A DNA stretch of 54,015 nt from IMG/VR virus record IMGVR_UViG_3300037247_000257, positions 1-54,015 of that record. One strand, given 5' to 3'. Both the position numbers and the translations under genes were made by a program. Origin of the DNA: a virus. Lineage: Duplodnaviria > Caudoviricetes. Under the pieces are notes generated by a model that saw only the letters and a list, made by a program, of their open reading frames with translations, searched no databases and had not been told where the DNA came from. The first letter of the stretch is position 1; each line of letters starts with the position of its first letter. This document shows, one piece after another, positions 17,788-26,009 of this stretch.

Positions 17788-18030
17788 CCGGTTCTCGTAC
17801 CGGCAAACGCTCTTTGATATGCTTAAGGCTATTATGACGTGGTTCGCACACACGCGTGTCGCACCTAAGCAGCATACCCTCATCTTCCTCCGAGTAGAGG
17901 TAAGTATATATCGCGACACTCTAAAGTTTCAGGTGGAAAGATTGTTACACCTTCAATTATTGACCGGTGAGAGACAAACTCCCGGTCACTCTTTCCTAAA
18001 GACGCCTCCTTGTCTGGCTGGGTCACCCCT
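17788..18030 (-). ncRNA. Unassigned ~240-nt multibranch structured RNA between the two tRNA-Ser genes
   Basis: Helices TGACCGG/CCGGTCA, GTGTCGC/GCGACAC, AGGTG/CACCT, CCGGT/ACCGG and closing GGCGTCTTT/AAAGAGCGTT; no credible sense ORF. Confidence 0.5.
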
Positions 18031-18034
18031 ACTG

Positions 18035-18120
18035 CAGAGGGACAGAGATTCGAACTCTGAACAGTGTTACCTGCTACTGGTTTTCAAGACCAGCTCCTCG
18101 TCCAACCACGGACTCCCTCT
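18035..18120 (-). tRNA. tRNA-Ser(TGA)
   Basis: AGAGGGA/TCCCTCT-G, CTGGT-CTTGAAA-ACCAG, long variable arm, CAGAG-TTCGAAT-CTCTG. Confidence 0.92.
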
Positions 18121-18210
18121 ATATGAGCAACATTTTATTTTACATCAGACTTGCTCACCGATAACTGATTTGTGCGTCGCCTGGGGCCAACTACACCAAC
18201 GCAGCGTATG

Positions 18211-18293
18211 TCCAGCCTTGAGGACTCGAACCTCGCCCCCGAAAGGCCCGGATTTACAGTCCGGGTGCTAGATCCAACTAGCTTTAAGTCTGG
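18211..18293 (-). tRNA. tRNA-Tyr(GTA)
   Basis: CCGGA-CTGTAAA-TCCGG anticodon arm, variable arm with TTCG loop, GAGG-TTCGAGT-CCTC; one acceptor mismatch. Confidence 0.88.
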
Positions 18294-18298
18294 ATAAT

Positions 18299-18331
18299 AA
18301 AAAAACCCTCAACGTAAAACGAAGAGGGTTT
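18299..18331 (-). terminator. Attenuator terminator of tRNA operon 2
   Basis: AAACCCTC-TT-CGT-TTT-ACG-TT-GAGGG followed by T7, ending 5 nt before tRNA-Tyr. Confidence 0.8.
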
Positions 18332-18352
18332 CTGTAAGTTATTAGAAAAAGT

Positions 18353-18421
18353 TTATACAGTATCCTCTTGTCGGTGTTTCTCCGATTTCTTTGAATAACT
18401 ATATAGCTCTACTCTAATCAT
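18353..18421 (-). CDS. Leader peptide 2 (MIRVELYSYSKKSEKHRQEDTV)
   Basis: 22-codon ORF; codons 7-10 TAT AGT TAT TCA and codon 13 TCG; contains the antiterminator GACAAGAGGAT (18362-18372). Confidence 0.78.
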   Translation of the reverse strand: MIRVELYSYSKKSEKHRQEDTV

Positions 18422-18425
18422 GTTG

Positions 18426-18457
18426 CTAAACTACAACTTGTGTTTCTATATTCCAAA
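18426..18457 (-). promoter_or_regulatory. Bacteroidota-type promoter for leader 2
   Basis: TTTG-N20-TAGTTTAG; ends 4 nt before the leader ATG. Confidence 0.6.
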
Positions 18458-18686
18458 CTGTTTCTGACATTTTTCACATACCTCGGTTCTTACTTCTTCA
18501 TATATACCTTAACCCGAAAAAGATTCTAAATACTTTGAATTACTAGTTTATTAAACGTTCATAAAAGCTTTGTCATCAATACCCATGTCGGAAAAGGGGC
18601 TACTTCAATAATTAGGACTTATTACTAAGCGTCTTCACAGATAGCGAATATTATAGACAAGAAAATAACGCACAATACACCCAGTA

Positions 18687-18905
18687 TCATAACTCACAGT
18701 GGATAGATCTGTCACCAGACGTACGTTTATTATACTTGTCATCTAACTTTTTTCTTTCTTCTTTTTCAAGACCTCCAAATAAAGTTGCAAAAGCATCTGC
18801 TTTTTTTTGGGATATCCTTGTTTGATAAGGTCCTTCTGCATAGTCGACTAAAGCAAAACCAAGAATGATACCTCCTAGTAATCCTAGAATAATTACAAGT
18901 ATCAT
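18687..18905 (-). CDS. Small membrane-anchored protein
   Basis: N-terminal TM helix. Confidence 0.55.
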   Translation of the reverse strand: MILVIILGLLGGIILGFALVDYAEGPYQTRISQKKADAFATLFGGLEKEERKKLDDKYNKRTSGDRSIHCEL

Positions 18906-20293
18906 TTCTTGTTCTTAATAGCGTCTAAGATAAGAAGCTGCATAGGATCTCCGCTTTTGCTACCAGAACCACCACCAATGTAAGTAGTAGGTAACTTAAG
19001 TTTAGATAATGCTTCAGCTTTAGCTACTTCAGCATCTAACTGCATCTTAAGCTTAACTTCAGGAGTAATACCCGCGATAACTTTCTTCTTAATCTCATAA
19101 GCTTCAGCATCAGCTTTTACTCTTTTCTTCTCAGCATTAATTTTCTCAGTTTCTAAAGCTATCAAAGCTAACTCTTTATTAGACTTTTCTTCTTGAACTT
19201 TAGTCTCTTTAGCAATCAAGATAGATACAGCAGCTTTCTCTTGTTTAGATCTTTCTGCTTCCTTATCTCTCTCACCTTCAGCTCTGATACGTTGTTGCTC
19301 CATCTTAGCAGTCTCGATCTTTTGCTGTTGCATTTGACGCTTAGCAGATTCGTCTTTCTGTTTGTTAAGTCTTGCCTGGTAGCCAGGGTCCATTTTAACT
19401 TGATCAACGATAACACTAGTTACTATAATACCATTTTCAGTAATCTCATGTGGAATTCTGATAGGTACACCGTTTTTAGTGATTTTCTCTACTACATATC
19501 TTACAGAGATATCTTTAATCTTTCTTTTAACTTTAGTATCCGTGATATCTGAAGTATAAGTAGTATCTCTATATTCATTCTTACGAACTTTATAAGTACC
19601 GTCTGTAAGTTGTTCATCAAACGCTTGTCTAAAAGACTGAGCATCACCCGAGATGTAATCTTGAGCGGAGAACATATAACCAGTTTGGATAGCTTGCTCA
19701 CGTACAGTTGGTAATAAAGTTTGGTGAACTAAGTTTTCCATAGTTCTAAACTTCACAGCCATTTTAATGAACTTCTCAGGATCCTTTGGTAGTTCAAACT
19801 TCGATGTAAGCGACATGTCAGCAGTTACTTGGTCAACAAAACGAATAGGAATCGGCTTCATAGCCCCTTCTACTTCGTCACTGATTTCACCGTAAGATGC
19901 TTTAACATCGATGTATTTCTGCCATTCTTGCACTTTAACAAAAGGTCCTACGTAATGATAACCTTCGTCCATTATAGCACTTTTAGAACCACCTGGTTTG
20001 ATAATCAAATACTGGTACCCAGCTTCACCATACATTAAAGTGTTACTAATGAAGAATAGACCAAAACTAATCAACAACATAACAACTCCTTTTTTCCAAC
20101 CAGCTATCGCTAGTAAAATAGCAGGAGATGCTTCAACCGCTACTTTCTTAGTTATTTTCTGCTCCTTCCATCTGTCCCACTCTTCAACTTCCTTAACCTC
20201 TGTCTTTTCTTGCAGCGATAAGAAACTAGTACCAATAGCTACAGCACCTAGTATTAGCAAGATTATTCCTGCGAGTATAATTAAACCAATCAT
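18902..20293 (-). CDS. SPFH/Band 7 (prohibitin/flotillin-like) membrane protein
   Basis: N-terminal TM helices, Band-7-like domain (IPIRFVD, LLPTVRE), long A/E/K coiled coil. Confidence 0.8.
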   Translation of the reverse strand: MIGLIILAGIILLILGAVAIGTSFLSLQEKTEVKEVEEWDRWKEQKITKKVAVEASPAILLAIAGWKKGVVMLLISFGLFFISNTLMYGEAGYQYLIIKPGGSKSAIMDEGYHYVGPFVKVQEWQKYIDVKASYGEISDEVEGAMKPIPIRFVDQVTADMSLTSKFELPKDPEKFIKMAVKFRTMENLVHQTLLPTVREQAIQTGYMFSAQDYISGDAQSFRQAFDEQLTDGTYKVRKNEYRDTTYTSDITDTKVKRKIKDISVRYVVEKITKNGVPIRIPHEITENGIIVTSVIVDQVKMDPGYQARLNKQKDESAKRQMQQQKIETAKMEQQRIRAEGERDKEAERSKQEKAAVSILIAKETKVQEEKSNKELALIALETEKINAEKKRVKADAEAYEIKKKVIAGITPEVKLKMQLDAEVAKAEALSKLKLPTTYIGGGSGSKSGDPMQLLILDAIKNKK

Positions 20294-20715
20294 TTGTTCT
20301 TTTCTTTAAAGTAATTTAATAATTCAACCCAATCACGGTCTGGGTCAAAACCGGCTTTATCGTCTAGCAAGACGTTGAAATAAGGCTTTTTATCAAAGTT
20401 CTGAAACTCATTGTTCTCAAGGCCCATACTAATCTGTACAAGACGCCAAGGCGTCATAGCTATATCACAAGACATAAAGTATTCTAAGTAGAACGCTTTC
20501 GCTTCTTGTGGACTACAAGTATACATGTACATCATAATATTAGGATTCTTACTCATTAACTGTAAAGTTTCTTTTGCTTTCGCGTAAAAACCTGTAGACA
20601 GTTGAGTTGAGTAAGTGGGTTCGAAAACAGTGCCATGGAGATCCACGGCAACTGCTATCTTATCCCATCCTCGGTGTTTCATCAAATCAAAAGCTTTGTC
20701 AAACACTTGTATCAT
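20290..20715 (-). CDS. HAD-superfamily hydrolase-like protein
   Basis: VAVDLHGTV, YTCS and KKPYFNVLLDDKAGF motifs. Confidence 0.7.
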   Translation of the reverse strand: MIQVFDKAFDLMKHRGWDKIAVAVDLHGTVFEPTYSTQLSTGFYAKAKETLQLMSKNPNIMMYMYTCSPQEAKAFYLEYFMSCDIAMTPWRLVQISMGLENNEFQNFDKKPYFNVLLDDKAGFDPDRDWVELLNYFKEKNK

Positions 20716-22127
20716 AACTTTGCTCTGTTAATTATGTTAGGCCATACTGGCGCAGACATGATTTTACCATTTTCAAAGACTACTTCTAAGACAGATTCAG
20801 CACCAGGAGCACTATTCTGTACTGTTCTGAAACCTTCTTGAGAACGTTCTAACGCAAGGAAGCCAAGTTTACTCTTCTTAAAAGAAGCATGTTTGTCCCC
20901 ATTACCATCAATTTCTGTTGGAGCTTTGAATACATCTTTCCATTCACCGTTAACACAGATGGCAGAACACTTAAACGCGAACTTCTGTGTATCTCGATTG
21001 ACTTTCTGCAGTAAAGCGCCACCCATCCCAAAGGCTAGGTTCTCTGTACTGTATCCAATCATGTTTATGTACTCAAGAGTCTCTCTCAGACTATCATAGT
21101 TCATACCGTCTCCTTGGATAACTCTTATCTTAGGATTCAAGATCTTGTAACCATTAACAACTTCACCACCAAATACCTTCCATAATTCAGAAAGTACTAC
21201 TTGCAATGTCATCTTAATGTCACCAGAATCAGGTCTAACTACTAAAACACCGTCTCTCGAAATAATCTCAGTTTTCAATGACGCCCAGTGTGTTCTACAC
21301 GCTTCTTGTATATCATAAGAATCTGAAACACAAGCTACTAATCCTGTTGGGTATTTTTCGAGCATGTTGCGATAAGCATCCACCTCATTTTGTTTTCCCC
21401 ATGACGTAATAGTACTGTGTTCAGATGCCGGGATAGAATAAGAAGGCATCATTGATGTTTTGTAGTATTCGTGAATGAAAGGTATTGCTACCAATGTATC
21501 AGAACCTACAAAGTTGATTAAGTGAGCTGCCCCACCTAGTGCTGCAGTTTCTACACTACTTGCACCTCTAAAACCAAAGTCATGCATCTTAAAAGACAAA
21601 GCAGTCTCAAATTCAGCATGACTAGGATAGTCGGTTGTTTCTTTTAAACTTTTACTAATTAGCTTCTTGCACTCTCTACTTAATGTTGCCACTGTAGTAG
21701 GATACCATACTTGTAATAACAAAGTCTCTAAGAAGTTAGTTAACCAAAAACACTTAGGATCAGTGTTCATAACCGTCATTAAGACGTTACTTACACCTAC
21801 AACAGTACCTTCTGGCACAGCTTCTATACGAACTGGTAATCTTCCACCGTGGTTTTCTACAATATGCATCCAACCTTCAATGTTAAATGTCCCCTTGCCC
21901 ATATGCGAGTCTACTATAGTTGACGCATGTAATACATCAGCTTTAGTAATTCTGTAACCTTCTAAATACTGTTTAAGTATATAGTGCAAACCAAAGAATA
22001 CTGTTTCTTCAAACTTTCCTCCTCGGCTCTCTAAGTATGAATAAACATACTCTGTACCTTCAGGGTACTGTCTTGCATGTGACTGCTTATAAGAGTCAGT
22101 CAACAACATGATATTATTGTTCCACAT
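20712..22127 (-). CDS. nadV: Nicotinamide phosphoribosyltransferase
   Basis: TDSYKQSH, HDFGFRG, PASEHS, RPDSG, IQGDG and FGMGG motifs. Confidence 0.95.
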   Translation of the reverse strand: MWNNNIMLLTDSYKQSHARQYPEGTEYVYSYLESRGGKFEETVFFGLHYILKQYLEGYRITKADVLHASTIVDSHMGKGTFNIEGWMHIVENHGGRLPVRIEAVPEGTVVGVSNVLMTVMNTDPKCFWLTNFLETLLLQVWYPTTVATLSRECKKLISKSLKETTDYPSHAEFETALSFKMHDFGFRGASSVETAALGGAAHLINFVGSDTLVAIPFIHEYYKTSMMPSYSIPASEHSTITSWGKQNEVDAYRNMLEKYPTGLVACVSDSYDIQEACRTHWASLKTEIISRDGVLVVRPDSGDIKMTLQVVLSELWKVFGGEVVNGYKILNPKIRVIQGDGMNYDSLRETLEYINMIGYSTENLAFGMGGALLQKVNRDTQKFAFKCSAICVNGEWKDVFKAPTEIDGNGDKHASFKKSKLGFLALERSQEGFRTVQNSAPGAESVLEVVFENGKIMSAPVWPNIINRAKL

Positions 22128-23079
22128 AATTCTTGATTATTTGTTTGTGATCATCTAAAATCTCCAAAGTACCAGCACGTAATTTATGCAAGCTTATCCA
22201 AGCTACTTCTTCTAAATCATCTCCAGCTTTTATATTACCTTGACACCACTTTAAGATAAATACTGTTGTAAACACTGCGTCTTTAGAACCACGATACCTA
22301 CGATCATTTAACTTTCTTGTCTCAAAATACGTAGGGTACTCTAAGTGTTCAAAGTCTAGTCCTGTTTCTTCATATACTTCTCTAACAACAGCATCTTCAA
22401 AAGACTTGTCAGATAAATCAACATGGCCACCAGGTAATCTCCACTGCTTTTCACCATGTTTACGTCCCATAAGAATGTAACTTACACCATTTTTACGCTT
22501 AGTTACAATAGCATCTACTGTTGGGTAAATGTTACCGTAAGGCTTAAACGTTTGAGCAGCAACTTGTCCAGCACGAAACCATTTGGCTTGTTCAGTAGTA
22601 CTTGGTGTTGGAGGATACTTTCTAATTTTAGTCGCTGATACATTAGGTAATGATTCTATTTCAGAAAACTTAAACTTTCCTGAGTAATATTTATTAAAAG
22701 AATCTCTACCTCCCATCAACGTTATATCAGTTGTATCAGGCACAAGAGTCATTCTCTTATGCATGTCAACAGTATCATCTAAACTCTTAGACCAAAGTTC
22801 ATCTGAAAATGGTATATCTTTCAACTCACCTACTACTACAGTAATATCAGTTCTGTTATGCCATTGTTCATTAAACAACCATTGTTCTATCATAGCCTTG
22901 CGACTACGTAGTGGTAAAGGATGTACCGATGTTGGATTATCACTAGTATAACCTACAAGAATTACACACATCACTTGGGCACGCTCTATAGCTAATCTAA
23001 TTAACTTTTCGTGCCCTTCGTGTAAGTAAGGTGTCTGAAACCTACCTACAACTACCGTAATATCATTTACTTCCGACAT
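22114..23079 (-). CDS. Bifunctional NMN adenylyltransferase / Nudix hydrolase (NadM-Nudix, NatV-like)
   Basis: GRFQTPYLHEGH (HxGH), SATKIR, Nudix box GGHVDLSDKSFEDAVVREVYEETGL. Confidence 0.92.
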   Translation of the reverse strand: MSEVNDITVVVGRFQTPYLHEGHEKLIRLAIERAQVMCVILVGYTSDNPTSVHPLPLRSRKAMIEQWLFNEQWHNRTDITVVVGELKDIPFSDELWSKSLDDTVDMHKRMTLVPDTTDITLMGGRDSFNKYYSGKFKFSEIESLPNVSATKIRKYPPTPSTTEQAKWFRAGQVAAQTFKPYGNIYPTVDAIVTKRKNGVSYILMGRKHGEKQWRLPGGHVDLSDKSFEDAVVREVYEETGLDFEHLEYPTYFETRKLNDRRYRGSKDAVFTTVFILKWCQGNIKAGDDLEEVAWISLHKLRAGTLEILDDHKQIIKNYVEQ

Positions 23080-23447
23080 ATGTTAAGAACTGTAGCTGTG
23101 GTAATACCATATTTTGTAGCTAACTCTTTAGTAGTCATCTTTTTAGAATCTTTCCTTAAAGCTTCTTTAGTCGTAGCACTCAAGTGTATATGCTTTTTTC
23201 TGGTTTTTACAACAACTACTACCTTTTTCTTTTTCTTTTCTTTCTTTACCTTTTTGTAAACATCTATATCCCCTGATAATGATTTAAGAATACTTTTCAT
23301 GTCTACATCAACTTCTTGTAAAGCCTTTATCACCCCACTTCTTATCAGATGAAAATCTGATAATAACTTTATAGCTGGTGCTATTGTAGACGGATGGGTA
23401 GTCATTCCTCTAGGAATTCTAACTATAGGATTAATTCTCTTTTTCAT
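23067..23447 (-). CDS. Basic protein with C-terminal HTH
   Basis: TTKELATKYGITTATVLNI helix-turn-helix. Confidence 0.6.
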   Translation of the reverse strand: MKKRINPIVRIPRGMTTHPSTIAPAIKLLSDFHLIRSGVIKALQEVDVDMKSILKSLSGDIDVYKKVKKEKKKKKVVVVVKTRKKHIHLSATTKEALRKDSKKMTTKELATKYGITTATVLNICRK

Positions 23448-23779
23448 ATCTTGTTTTGTTTTGCTCGTTCTTTATAATACACCCACGCTTCTTCGAGCTT
23501 GTCTGCTAGGTGGTTGATCAAATCCATTCCTTGATCGATTTCTTCTGGGTTACAAGGTCCGTAAATCTCGTTTAACTTTTTGTCGATGGCTGTCTGGAAC
23601 ATGTTCCCTTTATTCTTAACGTCCTGGACGTAAGCCTTAGGTATTCCTGACAAAGCTTCTGTTCGATTTTGTAAAACTTGTAACAAACAAGTGTGAAAGG
23701 TGAGCTGTTGACCCACCTCTTCACTTACTAATTTGTCTGACATCCGCATTGCTCTTCTGGCAAAGAGCATTTTGGACAA
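23444..23779 (-). CDS. Hypothetical protein
   Basis: 111 aa ORF coupled to its neighbours. Confidence 0.5.
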   Translation of the reverse strand: MSKMLFARRAMRMSDKLVSEEVGQQLTFHTCLLQVLQNRTEALSGIPKAYVQDVKNKGNMFQTAIDKKLNEIYGPCNPEEIDQGMDLINHLADKLEEAWVYYKERAKQNKI

Positions 23780-24111
23780 GGGGTAAAGTTCATCGACACT
23801 TTATCTTCCCTGTTATCCCATTTTGGATCTTGTAACATTTTGGCCAAAAACATAGCATTGCACTGTATGTGCCCTACATGGTTTATACCACTTTCCGGGT
23901 CATTATCTTCACCTTTAAGAAGAGCGAAAGTATGCCTAAGCATACTCTCTATTATCTTAGTAGTTTCAAGACCCTTTTTCCAATTGTTTGGTGCGTACTT
24001 TTTAGCTCCAAATTCTAGAACTTTTACCATTGGCTCTAGAGATTCAAAGTCTACCAAACTCCATTGAAGTTTTCCATCGTTAAACCTCAATGCTTTATCC
24101 TCATTCTCCAT
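23728..24111 (-). CDS. dATP/dGTP diphosphohydrolase-domain protein (DUF5664)
   Basis: RFNDGKLQW, FGAKKYAPNNWKKG, SMLRH, DPESGINHVGH. Confidence 0.85.
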   Translation of the reverse strand: MENEDKALRFNDGKLQWSLVDFESLEPMVKVLEFGAKKYAPNNWKKGLETTKIIESMLRHTFALLKGEDNDPESGINHVGHIQCNAMFLAKMLQDPKWDNREDKVSMNFTPCPKCSLPEEQCGCQTN

Positions 24112-25126
24112 CTTCTACTTTTAATAGTAAAACACCATTATTTCCAACTTCTTCTAAAGTTTGAGTCCAATCATCAGTTATAGTAGCAAAAGCAATTCGA
24201 CCTAATAAATCTATAGATTCACTAGTACCTTTACTTGTCCATGAAGGATCTACATCGTAAACTTTACATTCATAAAGACCAGATGTTTCTACTACTACCA
24301 TAGTAACTGATATTTTCCACTCGAGCGTATTTTCATCTGGAAACTGTTCTTGTAACCAGACAGATACAGCTCTCATGTACCACGCCATTTGACGATAGTA
24401 TCTATAGTACTCAAACGATGAGTTAAACTTAGAAACTGCTTTTCCTGTAGTTTTCAAATCTATCAGGTGAACTAACTTTTTAGAAGGATAGACTTGTAAT
24501 CTATCGATCAAACCTTTACAAGGTATTTCGATATCTTCACCATCTATAGTTAACTTCTCTTTCCAATAAATAGCTAGTTCATTATAAGCTTTATCACCAA
24601 AGTCTTCACCTTGCTGAAACAACAACTCCTTTGCTTTCTTATTGATTTGTAAGCTGTATATACAGTTCTCTACAATAGTTCTTTGCGCAGGAGTAATGCA
24701 TAAATCATCACTACTAATATATCTATGCCTTAGATAATCAAGACACTCTTGGAACTTATTCCACAATTTAGTAGCATCAGTTGTATTACCATACTTTGGC
24801 ATTACTTCAACTACTAACTTTTCAAGTGTTTTGTTATCTTTGGTGATATATCCTTCATCCCAAGATTCTGGCAACTTTTCCCATACCATGTCTGCCCATT
24901 CACCTAACTTAGCCGTTGGTCTTGACACATCTGATATTATAAAGTCACTAGGTTTCTCGACATACAAGTGAATTAACTTACCATTTTCTAAAGAAGGTGT
25001 TGACTCTTCTTCTTTTTCTCTGTCGACGATAGCTTTTTTGTATCGCGCAGGAGTTCCTCCTTCTTCCGGGTTAATGAATTTCATTCCGGAATTAGAAACT
25101 GCGGGTTTATCGTAATACTCTTTCAT
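24101..25126 (-). CDS. PD-(D/E)XK exonuclease (RecE/DUF3799-like)
   Basis: GKLIH, KGLIDRL, IDLKTT, YYRQMAWY. Confidence 0.85.
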   Translation of the reverse strand: MKEYYDKPAVSNSGMKFINPEEGGTPARYKKAIVDREKEEESTPSLENGKLIHLYVEKPSDFIISDVSRPTAKLGEWADMVWEKLPESWDEGYITKDNKTLEKLVVEVMPKYGNTTDATKLWNKFQECLDYLRHRYISSDDLCITPAQRTIVENCIYSLQINKKAKELLFQQGEDFGDKAYNELAIYWKEKLTIDGEDIEIPCKGLIDRLQVYPSKKLVHLIDLKTTGKAVSKFNSSFEYYRYYRQMAWYMRAVSVWLQEQFPDENTLEWKISVTMVVVETSGLYECKVYDVDPSWTSKGTSESIDLLGRIAFATITDDWTQTLEEVGNNGVLLLKVEDGE

Positions 25127-25254
25127 TTTGGTATATATGAACGTTTCCAATACTTGCGATTTTGCTCCTTACAAAGTCTCATAAACTCTTGTTCTAACTC
25201 TAAATAAGCTAACACATAGATTTTATGCTGTCTTGGAGTTAAACCGCATTTCAT
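25123..25254 (-). CDS. 43-aa hypothetical protein (MKCGLTPRQHKIYVLAY...)
   Basis: Translated by hand; its TGA overlaps the nuclease ATG (ATGA). Confidence 0.5.
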   Translation of the reverse strand: MKCGLTPRQHKIYVLAYLELEQEFMRLCKEQNRKYWKRSYIPK

Positions 25255-25265
25255 AGGTAGTAACT

Positions 25266-26009
25266 TCATTTCCTTGTCTTTCGATTAGGATCATGTCTAC
25301 CTTTCTCTTCGGGATATAAATCTTGTACTGAATCAGACAGCCAAAACTTTTTAGTGTCGATATCCATAATACTTAATCTACCATTAAAGCCAGCACCAGT
25401 ATCCATATTAAACACGTTACATGCGTTCATTGGAATATCTTTATTCCAATTCATAGTAGATGTATGGCCAATATAGATTTCTTTATGAGGACGTAATCTT
25501 CTAGGTAAACGTTTGTCCTTAAACAAAGCTCTAAAACTACTCTGTCCTGACATAGCTATAGTCCAGAGTTCTCTATCCCACATGTATTTCGTCTTATCAT
25601 CATTTCCTACTCCGTCATGACTAATGTAACCACCATGCACAAATGCACGGTTTTCGTCATCTAAATAGTAGTAAACTTGTTTGTTGAAAAACTCACGTAA
25701 GTGCTTTATTTTTAAAGCTTCGTCTTGATAAGCATCAAAAGTAACTTGCCCTCCATGATTAAGCCAGACTTTTTGAGGAAAACCAAATACCATCCACTCA
25801 ACAGCCCAATGATCATGATTACCTCGTATTGCAATAAGGTTCTTAATACCTAATAGTGTCTCTACCACTTGAGGTACTTCAGACCAGCCATCACATATGT
25901 CTCCTAGTTGTATAAGCGTGTCATCTTCCTGGAAGTTACAACGCTCTAGACATTGTACAAGAGCTCTATTAGCTCCGTGAATGTCACCTACTACTAACGT
26001 CCTTGGCAT
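25266..26009 (-). CDS. Metallophosphoesterase (Ser/Thr phosphatase, NinI/ApaH-like)
   Basis: GDIHG, GDICD, GNHD, HGG, GHT and DTG motifs. Confidence 0.9.
   Translation of the reverse strand: MPRTLVVGDIHGANRALVQCLERCNFQEDDTLIQLGDICDGWSEVPQVVETLLGIKNLIAIRGNHDHWAVEWMVFGFPQKVWLNHGGQVTFDAYQDEALKIKHLREFFNKQVYYYLDDENRAFVHGGYISHDGVGNDDKTKYMWDRELWTIAMSGQSSFRALFKDKRLPRRLRPHKEIYIGHTSTMNWNKDIPMNACNVFNMDTGAGFNGRLSIMDIDTKKFWLSDSVQDLYPEEKGRHDPNRKTRK

Noticed and set aside
17819-18271. 150-aa + strand ORF
   Set aside because: Antisense to tRNA-Ser, tRNA-Tyr and the structured RNA; no protein-like features.
23728-24111. 2-aminoadenine (Z) or other modified-base genome inferred from the DUF5664 gene
   Set aside because: No purZ, datZ or 7-deazaguanine pathway genes are visible in the window; the gene alone is insufficient.
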